A program made the position numbers and the translations under genes. DNA of 57,801 bases from Candidatus Falkowbacteria bacterium (GTDB taxonomy: Bacteria > Patescibacteriota > Patescibacteriia > Patescibacteriales > UBA12465), in contig JAPLVZ010000002.1 of NCBI GenBank assembly GCA_026396805.1, forward strand, positions 1 through 57,801, written 5' to 3'. The notes under the pieces were generated by a model. That model made no database searches, was not told where the DNA came from, and was given only the letters and a program-made list of their open reading frames with translations. Positions within the stretch are counted from its first letter, which is position 1. Every line of letters starts with the position of its first letter. Below are positions 28,807 to 35,936 of the stretch, piece by piece.

Positions 28807-29202
28807 ATGGCAGTAAGAATCGCGGGAGTCAATATCCCCAATGACAAAAGAATCGAAATCGCTTTAACCTATATCCATGGTGTTGGCCGCACCCGGTCCA
28901 ATAAGATTTTGGCGGACGCTAAGGTTAATCGGGATACCAGAGTTAAGGACTTAAAAGAAACTGAAGTTAACGCCCTTCGGGAAATCGTTGAAAAGAAATA
29001 TACGGTTGAAGGCGATTTGCGGCGCGATGTTCAGAGTAATATCAAGCGTCTAAGAGAAATCGGCTGCTATCGCGGCCTGCGCCACGCCAAGCATTTGCCG
29101 GTTCGCGGCCAGCGCACTAAGACCAATAGCCGGACGGTTAGAGGCAATAAGCGCGTGACCATGGGCAGCGGTAAGAGCAAGGCCGGTTTGCAGAAGACCT
29201 AA
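28807..29202 (+). CDS. rpsM: 30S ribosomal protein S13
   Basis: [38 protein letters not shown]. Confidence 0.98.
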   Translation: MAVRIAGVNIPNDKRIEIALTYIHGVGRTRSNKILADAKVNRDTRVKDLKETEVNALREIVEKKYTVEGDLRRDVQSNIKRLREIGCYRGLRHAKHLPVRGQRTKTNSRTVRGNKRVTMGSGKSKAGLQKT

Positions 29203-29254
29203 TCTGGAGAACTAATTAAGTGATTTAAACTTTACGAATTAAGAATTAAGAATT

Positions 29255-29833
29255 ATGTCCGAAGAAGTAAAAAAAGAAGACGCTCCGGCAGCTGACGGGG
29301 GTAATGGAGAAAAAATTAGCGAGCCCAAAGAAAGCGGCTCCCCGGAAAAGGAAGGCGCTGATTTTTCTTTTGATTCGGTCGTGGAAGAATTGCCGGAAGA
29401 AATCAAACAGAAGCTGGAAAGCAATAAAGCCGCGCGAGCGAAAAAGAAATTAATCAAGAAGAAAAAGAAGAAAGTCGCCAGAGTCGTTAAAGTCGGCCGC
29501 GCTTATATCCAGGCGACTTATAACAACACCATGATTACGCTGACCGATGCCAGCGGCGACGTGATTTCTTGGGCGAGCGCCGGTTTGGCCGGTTTCAAGG
29601 GCGCCAAAAAGGCGACGCCTTATGCCGCTCAAATTATCACTAAAATCGCCTCTCAAAAAGCCAGAGAAGAATATGGTTTGGAAGAAGTGAGCGTTTTTGT
29701 TTCCGGCGTCGGCACCGGCCGAGAAGCGGCCATTCGCGCTTTAAACGCCAACGGTTTGAACGTCACTTCGATTAAAGATATGACCTCCGTTCCTCATAAC
29801 GGTTGTCGTCCGAAAAAACCGAGAAGAGTTTAA
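29255..29833 (+). CDS. rpsK: 30S ribosomal protein S11 with a long N-terminal extension
   Basis: [35 protein letters not shown]. Confidence 0.97.
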   Translation: MSEEVKKEDAPAADGGNGEKISEPKESGSPEKEGADFSFDSVVEELPEEIKQKLESNKAARAKKKLIKKKKKKVARVVKVGRAYIQATYNNTMITLTDASGDVISWASAGLAGFKGAKKATPYAAQIITKIASQKAREEYGLEEVSVFVSGVGTGREAAIRALNANGLNVTSIKDMTSVPHNGCRPKKPRRV

Positions 29834-29875
29834 TTTTAACTACAAAAGACCTAAGGTCATTAACGATATAAAGCT

Positions 29876-30505
29876 ATGGGAAGAAATATTGACAGTACCT
29901 GCAGCCAGTGCCGCCGTTCCGGCGAGAAGCTGTTCTTAAAAGGAGATCGCTGTTTCACTCCGAAATGCGCGATGGTTAAGCGTAACTACGCTCCCGGTTT
30001 CCACGGTCCTAAGGGCCGCAAGCGTTTGAGCGATTACGGCGCTCAATTGGCCGAAAAGCAGAAAGCCAAGAAATTTTATGGCTTGCTGGAAAAGCAATTC
30101 CGCTTGACGCTTACCAAAGCCTCCAAAAAAACCGGGGACGCCGGCAAGAATTTTTTGCGCGCTTTGGAGATGCGCCTGGATAACGTCGTTTATCGTTTGG
30201 GTTGGGCCACTTCCCGAGCGGCCGCCCGCCAATTAGTCAATCACGGCCATTTCACCGTTGATAATCGTAAAGCCGATATCCCGTCTTTTTCCGTTAAAGT
30301 CGGTCAGACCATAAGAGTTAAGAAAAATAGCGCCAATAATGTTTATTTCAAAAGAGCGGGGGAGAATCTAAAGAGGGCGGAACGTCCGAGCTGGTTGAAT
30401 TTTGACGTTAAAGATCTTAGCGCCAAGGTTTTACACGAACCGAAAGACGCTGATTTGCCTCTGAACCTGAATGTCCAAGTCATCATTGAGTATTACTCGA
30501 AATAA
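29876..30505 (+). CDS. rpsD: 30S ribosomal protein S4
   Basis: CSQCRRSGEKLFLKG, LAEKQK, LEMRLDNVVYRLG, ARQLVNHGH, IIEYYSK. Confidence 0.98.
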   Translation: MGRNIDSTCSQCRRSGEKLFLKGDRCFTPKCAMVKRNYAPGFHGPKGRKRLSDYGAQLAEKQKAKKFYGLLEKQFRLTLTKASKKTGDAGKNFLRALEMRLDNVVYRLGWATSRAAARQLVNHGHFTVDNRKADIPSFSVKVGQTIRVKKNSANNVYFKRAGENLKRAERPSWLNFDVKDLSAKVLHEPKDADLPLNLNVQVIIEYYSK

Positions 30506-30520
30506 TCTCAACATAAAGCT

Positions 30521-30549
30521 TTCGCCGTCCGCCACCTAGCGGAGGCGAA
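30521..30549. repeat. TCCGCC-N4-(G/A)GCGGA palindromic element between rpsD and rpoA
   Basis: TTCGCC-G-TCCGCC-ACCT-AGCGGA-GGCGAA; same layout as 198-226. Confidence 0.65.
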
Positions 30550-30566
30550 TTGTATAATAAAAAAAT

Positions 30567-31397
30567 ATGCAAAACATCGCTTTGCCAAAAAAAATTGAAT
30601 TCAAAGCCGGTAATGATCTCCATGAAGGGATTATTACGGTTGAACCATTATTCCCGGGCTACGGCATGACTTTAGGCAACTCGCTTCGCCGCGTTCTCTT
30701 ATCCTCTCTTCCGGGAGCCGCCGTTATCGGCGCTAAAATCAAAGGCGCCAGTCATGAATTCATGGTTTTGCCTCATATTAAAGAAGATGTTTTGGAAATT
30801 TTATTGAATTTAAAACAATTGCGCCTGAAGATTTTTACGGAAGAAGAGGTGCGCCTGGAATTAAAAATCAAGGGCAAGAAAACGGTTAAGGCCGGCGATA
30901 TCATCAAGAATTCTTTGGTAGAAATCAAGAATCCGGAACTCGTCATCGCTCATGTCACCAATGAAGCCGGCAGTTTGGACATAGAAATTACCGTCAAGGA
31001 AGGCCACGGCTATAAGTTAGCCGATGACACCAAGAAGGACAATCGCGAGATCGGCTATATTGAAATTGATTCTATTTTTTCTCCGGTTACTATCGTCAGC
31101 ATCAATGTGGAAAATACCCGCGTCGGCAAAATGACTGATTGGGATAAATTGGTTCTTAACGTTAAAACCGACGGAACCATCAGCGCCGAAAACGCTTTTA
31201 AGGAAGCGGTGAAGATTCTCGTCGATCAGTATTCTTCATTCTTGGCTATCGCCGGTCAGAAAGAAGAAACAGCGGCGCCCGAAGCTAAAATGGTGTTTGA
31301 AGAAATTGAAGAAGTTGAAAAAGTTAAGGAAGAAAAAGAAGGCCAAGAAGAGAAGGCGGCCAAAAAAGAAAAGAAAACCAAAAAAATTAAAAAATAA
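30567..31397 (+). CDS. rpoA: RNA polymerase alpha subunit lacking the alpha-CTD
   Basis: EPLFPGYGMTLGNSLRRVLLSS, EDVLEILLNLK, IDSIFSPV, TDGTI; ends in an E/K-rich tail. Confidence 0.96.
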   Translation: MQNIALPKKIEFKAGNDLHEGIITVEPLFPGYGMTLGNSLRRVLLSSLPGAAVIGAKIKGASHEFMVLPHIKEDVLEILLNLKQLRLKIFTEEEVRLELKIKGKKTVKAGDIIKNSLVEIKNPELVIAHVTNEAGSLDIEITVKEGHGYKLADDTKKDNREIGYIEIDSIFSPVTIVSINVENTRVGKMTDWDKLVLNVKTDGTISAENAFKEAVKILVDQYSSFLAIAGQKEETAAPEAKMVFEEIEEVEKVKEEKEGQEEKAAKKEKKTKKIKK

Positions 31398-31421
31398 TTC
31401 GTAATTTGTAATTGAACCGAT

Positions 31422-31772
31422 ATGCGCCACAGAAATAAAAATAAAATCCTTGACCGCCAGAAAGGTCCGCGCGAACTAATGCTTCGTAATTTAGCTTCCA
31501 GTATTTTGTTATATGAAAAAGTTAAGACGACCAGAGCGAAAGCGGCCGCCGTCCGTCCTTTGGTTGAGAAATTGATTACCGCTTCCAAAGCCGGAGATTT
31601 GACGGCTCGCCGCGGTTTAATCAAGGTATTACTCCAGAAGAATGCCGTTAAGAAAGCGATTGAAGTGCTCGGTGTCCGCTATAAGAATCGTCCGGGGGGC
31701 TATACTCGCACCGTTAAATTAGAGGCGCGCCAAGGCGATGGTGCGGCCATGGTCCAGATTGAATTAGTCTAA
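31422..31772 (+). CDS. rplQ: 50S ribosomal protein L17
   Basis: MRHR, TTRAKA, VEKLIT, RPGGYTR, R.GDGA. Confidence 0.97.
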   Translation: MRHRNKNKILDRQKGPRELMLRNLASSILLYEKVKTTRAKAAAVRPLVEKLITASKAGDLTARRGLIKVLLQKNAVKKAIEVLGVRYKNRPGGYTRTVKLEARQGDGAAMVQIELV

Positions 31773-31777
31773 ATTAT

Positions 31778-32134
31778 ATGAAAAATATTGAAAGAAAATT
31801 ACAGAAGATTGACGCGACCGGCCAGACCATCGGTCGGATGGCGACCAAGATTGCTAATATCTTGCGCGGCAAGACTAAGCCGGAATTCCAGCCGTATTTA
31901 GATTTAGGCGATATCGTCGAAGTTTCAAATATCGCAAAAGTGAAATTCACCGGCAAAAAGCTCGGTCAGAAAGAGTATCATCATTACTCCGGCTATTTGG
32001 GCGGTTTAAAAACCAAGAAAATGAGCGAAGTTTATCTGAAGGACCCGGGCGAAGTTTTAATTAAGGCCGTGCGCGAGATGCTTCCGCCGACGAAATTGCG
32101 CGTCGATATGCTCAAAAGATTAATTATCAAATAA
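31778..32134 (+). CDS. rplM: 50S ribosomal protein L13 (short form)
   Basis: IDATGQTIGRMAT, LRGK.KP.FQP..D.GD, HSGY.GG-like (HYSGYLGG), AVREMLP. Confidence 0.95.
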   Translation: MKNIERKLQKIDATGQTIGRMATKIANILRGKTKPEFQPYLDLGDIVEVSNIAKVKFTGKKLGQKEYHHYSGYLGGLKTKKMSEVYLKDPGEVLIKAVREMLPPTKLRVDMLKRLIIK

Positions 32135-32135
32135 T

Positions 32136-32669
32136 ATGGCAGAGAGAAAAACAAAATCCGCTAAAGTCAAAGAGACTCCAGTTGAGGAAGTTTTAGTTGC
32201 CGAAATCCCGGCGGAAAAAGAAGCGGAAGAAGAAAAAGACTGGGCGAATCTGCCGGCTGGCGGAGAAGTCGCCGAATTCAAAGGAAAATATATCAAGACG
32301 GTCGGCCGCCGTAAGACCGCGGTCGCCAAAGTCCGTTTATATGAAGGCGGCAAGGGCATAATCATGGTTAACGGTTTGCGCGCCAGTCAGTATTTCCCGG
32401 GTGAAGGCGCCAATCTTATTTCTCAACCGCTCCGAGTGACCGGCCACGGCCGCGATTATAATTTTTCCATAATCGCCCAAAGCGGCGGCAAGCAAGGTCA
32501 GATTGGCGCTGTCCGTTTGGGTATTGCGCGCGCTGTTCTGGCGATTGATCCGGCAGCCAAAGAAGCTCTGAAGGCCAATGATTTCTTAACCCGCGACCCC
32601 AGACAGGTGGAAAGAAAGAAACCCGGTCTGCGCAAAGCCAGAAAAGCCCCGCAATGGAGCAAGCGCTAA
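32136..32669 (+). CDS. rpsI: 30S ribosomal protein S9 with N-terminal extension
   Basis: VGRRKTAVAKVR, GG..GQ.GAVRLGIARA, LTRDPRQVERKKPGLRKARKAPQWSKR. Confidence 0.97.
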   Translation: MAERKTKSAKVKETPVEEVLVAEIPAEKEAEEEKDWANLPAGGEVAEFKGKYIKTVGRRKTAVAKVRLYEGGKGIIMVNGLRASQYFPGEGANLISQPLRVTGHGRDYNFSIIAQSGGKQGQIGAVRLGIARAVLAIDPAAKEALKANDFLTRDPRQVERKKPGLRKARKAPQWSKR

Positions 32670-32687
32670 ATTTATATCTACGATTAG

Positions 32688-32717
32688 AAATACCACGGAC
32701 AACCGTGGTATTTTTTT
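32688..32717 (+). terminator. Intrinsic terminator of the ribosomal protein cluster
   Basis: AAATACCACGG-ACAA-CCGTGGTATTT plus T-run. Confidence 0.85.
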
Positions 32718-32962
32718 GAATGTCGGGCGTTTCTTATTATTTTGGGTATTAAACCTTATTTGCAAAAAATGGCAGGTACCCCAAACCCTAGATACTTTAG
32801 GGGGATTAGTATATAATATCCATAGGACAATATATCGTTATAATCACACCAGAATACATACTAAATTAAAAATGCCGCCTGTTTTGTACAGTCGGCAATA
32901 TCATGAGCTCCATAGACAATGTGTCTAAGGAAAGGGGTACCCCCCAGTTGAGAAATAATATT

Positions 32963-33491
32963 ATGGAAATCACCTCCAAATCCTTGCACCACGCCAATAT
33001 CGTCTTTGTTTTTGAGGAAAATAAGTTCGTCATGCCGGACAATTCAGCGATATTGTCTTTGTATAAAGGGCAGATAGCGGGCGGGGCTAATTTTGCCGAT
33101 GATGTGACGCTAAGGGCTAAGGTTCTTGATTTGCCCCGTTTAAAAATACAAATCAGCGTCGAGCCGTATCGTTTGCGGATAGATAATAATTCTCAGCAGG
33201 AGCTAGGCGGGATGATGCTGGTTAAAGAGGCTATCGCCGTTTATCGCCAACTTTTCCCTAAGACGCCATTAACCGGTTTTGGTTTTAATTTCGATATTTA
33301 TTATCAGTTTAAGGAGGTTTTGATGATTAAAAATTTCTTCGCGCGTTTTGTTGAACCGCAAATATGAAATAGCGGTCCACGTTAATCATCATTTTTTTCG
33401 GTCGCAAATACCAGAGCAGTCGGATTTTCAGCGGCTTCTGGAAACATGCTACCGCGAAATTGATGAAGTGGTTAATAATTTAAAGTTTTAA
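32963..33491 (+). pseudogene. Hypothetical protein, apparently frameshifted near 33363
   Basis: ORF (MEITSK...GFGFNF...VEPQI) stops at TGA 33365-33367. The +1 frame continues as YEIAVHVNHHFFRSQIPEQSDFQRLLETCYREIDEVVNNLKF to TAA 33491. Confidence 0.55.
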
Positions 33492-33535
33492 AATCAGTGT
33501 TTAATCATTAATCTCATTATTTTCCGCCAGTTTCT

Positions 33536-34438
33536 ATGAGTATCACCTCTCGCGGTGTAAAATTTAATCATAAGCCGAAGGGTATTATTCTCCTGGGTTT
33601 TTTCACTTTGGTGGAATATGTTTTAACGACTATCTTCTTTATTTCCCTGTCGGCTAATATTTGGTATCCGGAAAGAGCGAGAGCAGCTCAAGGTGTTTCT
33701 AAGATTCTTTCCTATCAAGGCCGATTGACTGATATTAACAGTAATCCTTTGGGCGGATCCGGGACTAATTATTGTTTCCGTTTTTCTATTTATAATAATT
33801 CGTCCGGCGGGGCTCCGCTTTGGCCGAACGGCACGCCGACGTCCAACACGATTAGCGTGGCTAATGGTATATTTAATGCCGGCATCGGTCAAGCGGATGA
33901 TCTTGGTACTTTTAATTTTTATGAAAATTATGACACCGGCATTTACTTAAATATCGAAGTTAATAATACGCCGGTAACTTGTACCGGCAGTTGGGAGACG
34001 CTTTTGCCGCGACAGAGAATTGATGCGGTCGGTTATGCCCAGGTAGCGAGGGATGTTTACGGCGATTTACTCCGCACGCTTAACAGCGCTACTCCGCCAC
34101 GGGTACAAATCGGCACCGGTTCGGGCGTCAGCACCCCGGTCTATCTTAGTTTGGATGTTAAAAATAGCGGCGAGGATCCAATCGGCGGCAGTGATTGTAG
34201 CAGCATCATCGGCAATGGGCGAATTTGGTATAACTCTACTAATGGCCGGGCTCTAGTTTGTGAAAATAATGTTTTTAAAGCGGTCGGCAACGCCTCGGAA
34301 CTTTCCGGCGTTAAAGCCGAGGGGGCGGCTTCTCTTATCAGTTCCGGGTCCTTGGTCTTAGTGGGCGGCAATAATATTACTTTAAGCCAAGCGACTGGTA
34401 CCGGGGGGGGGGACAATCACAATCTCCGCCGGCAATAA
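33536..34438 (+). CDS. Fibre fragment 1: signal peptide + YQGRL-type N-terminal domain
   Basis: Hydrophobic segment ending ARA-A; SYQGRLTD..NPL, FRFSIY...GG..LW, NGIFN..IG, PRQRI.AVGYA. Confidence 0.8.
   Translation: MSITSRGVKFNHKPKGIILLGFFTLVEYVLTTIFFISLSANIWYPERARAAQGVSKILSYQGRLTDINSNPLGGSGTNYCFRFSIYNNSSGGAPLWPNGTPTSNTISVANGIFNAGIGQADDLGTFNFYENYDTGIYLNIEVNNTPVTCTGSWETLLPRQRIDAVGYAQVARDVYGDLLRTLNSATPPRVQIGTGSGVSTPVYLSLDVKNSGEDPIGGSDCSSIIGNGRIWYNSTNGRALVCENNVFKAVGNASELSGVKAEGAASLISSGSLVLVGGNNITLSQATGTGGGDNHNLRRQ
34403..34412 (+). repeat. G10 homopolymer causing a frameshift (candidate slipped-strand switch)
   Basis: ACC-G10-ACAATC; G9 gives T-G-G-G-T-I-T-I-S-A-G-N-N-G-G-S-G-V-G-G-I-G, in frame with the 34452 ORF. 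Confidence 0.85.
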
Positions 34439-34451
34439 TGGCGGGAGCGGT

Positions 34452-35936
34452 GTGGGCGGAATTGGCGCGGGAACGCAGACGGCCAGCGTTGGCACGGTTA
34501 TTTTTTCTAACGCTAATAATGTTTCTTTCGGTTTGGACGGCCAAATCATTACGGCCAGCTTCGCCCCTAGCGCTAACGCCGGGGTTGGCGGCATCGCGGT
34601 GGGGACGCAGATCGCTTCCAGCGGTACGATCCAATTATTCGGCGGTAATAATGTTACTTTATCTCAAGAAGGGAATGCTATTACTATATTAGGCGGCGCG
34701 TTTAATCAATCTGTTCAGACCCAGAATGTTCATGATGTTGTTTTGGGAGGGAATACCACTGGCACCATGTTCACAATTTCTTCCGGCGTAATGACGTTCG
34801 CCGGCGGTAACAATATTACTCTGTCTCAAAATGGTAACGCGGTTACAATTGTGGGGCCAAGTAATTTTGCTACGAATGATTTTTTGGGAACGGGAGCTAC
34901 TTCCAACTTCTTGGGAACGGGAGCTACTTCCAACTTTTTGGGAACGGGAGCTACTTCCAACTTTTTGGGGACGGGAGCGAGTGGTTCGTTCCTCTTAACT
35001 GGCGCTACTTCTGATTTCCTGGGCATTAATGCCGGCTCTGATTTCCAATATACTTCCGCCAACACTAACTTCTTGGGCACCGCCGCTTCCGGCTCATTCC
35101 TCCAGACGGCCAATAGTTCGCTACTCCAGGTTTCCGGCAACTATCTGACTACGGCGATGGCGTCTAATGCCGGGTCTAATTTCTTAGGGGCGGGAGCTAG
35201 CGCTGACTTCCTCGCATCCAATGCCGGTTCCAACTTCTTCGCCTCTAATGCCGGAACTGGTTTCATGGCTACCGGGGAAAGAGTTAGCTATCTCCAAACT
35301 GCTAATTCAAATCTCTTCCAATTATCAGGTAACTATCAAACAGCTGGCGCCTATCTCACCACCGCGATGGCCTCTGATGCGGGGACTAACTTCCTATCTA
35401 ACAACGCTGGCTCTAATTTCTTAGCTGTTGGTGTTTCAACAAATTTTCTCTCCAATAATGCTGGGTCATTATTCTTGGGTTCCGCTGCTTCTGCTAACTT
35501 CCTATCAAACAATGCTGGAACATTATTCTTAGCTTCTAACGCCGGCACAGGTTTCATGGCCACTGGTGAAAGAGCTAACTATTTTCTCGCTGCTAATAGC
35601 ACTAATCTACAACCGACCGGTGCCTATCTTACCACCGCCATGTTGTCTAATGCCGGGTCTAATTTCTTAGGGGCGGGAGCTAGCGCTGACTTCCTCGCAT
35701 CTAATGCCGGATCCAATTTCCAACCTACCGGAAATTATCTCACTACCGCGATGGCCTCTGATGCGGGATCATTATTCATGGGTGCTAACGCTGGTTCTAA
35801 TTTTCTAGCGGCTAACGCCGGCACAGGTTTCATGGCTACCGGGGAAAGAGTTAGCTATCTCCAAACTGCTAATTCAAATCTCTTCCAATTATCAGGTAAC
35901 TATCAAACAGCTGGCGTCATTATTCATGGGTGCTAA
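34452..35936 (+). CDS. Fibre fragment 2: beta-repeat modules and start of the S/N/A/G/T-rich stalk
   Basis: GGNNITLSQNGNAVTI modules, then NFLGTGATS and NYLTTAMASNAGS repeats. Confidence 0.7.
   Translation: MGGIGAGTQTASVGTVIFSNANNVSFGLDGQIITASFAPSANAGVGGIAVGTQIASSGTIQLFGGNNVTLSQEGNAITILGGAFNQSVQTQNVHDVVLGGNTTGTMFTISSGVMTFAGGNNITLSQNGNAVTIVGPSNFATNDFLGTGATSNFLGTGATSNFLGTGATSNFLGTGASGSFLLTGATSDFLGINAGSDFQYTSANTNFLGTAASGSFLQTANSSLLQVSGNYLTTAMASNAGSNFLGAGASADFLASNAGSNFFASNAGTGFMATGERVSYLQTANSNLFQLSGNYQTAGAYLTTAMASDAGTNFLSNNAGSNFLAVGVSTNFLSNNAGSLFLGSAASANFLSNNAGTLFLASNAGTGFMATGERANYFLAANSTNLQPTGAYLTTAMLSNAGSNFLGAGASADFLASNAGSNFQPTGNYLTTAMASDAGSLFMGANAGSNFLAANAGTGFMATGERVSYLQTANSNLFQLSGNYQTAGVIIHGC

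Noticed and set aside
32716-32960. 70-aa ORF and small hairpins (GCCG.CTGT/ACAG.CGGC, TAGACA/TGTCTA, GGGGTACCCC) as a riboswitch or leader peptide
   Set aside because: TTG start inside a terminator, no protein-like features, and no match to riboswitch consensus motifs I know; stems are short.
33596-33620. GFFTLVE in the fibre N-terminus resembles a type IV prepilin cleavage motif
   Set aside because: Glu is at +6 rather than +5 from Gly and the Gly lies inside the hydrophobic stretch. A Sec signal ending ARA-A fits better.
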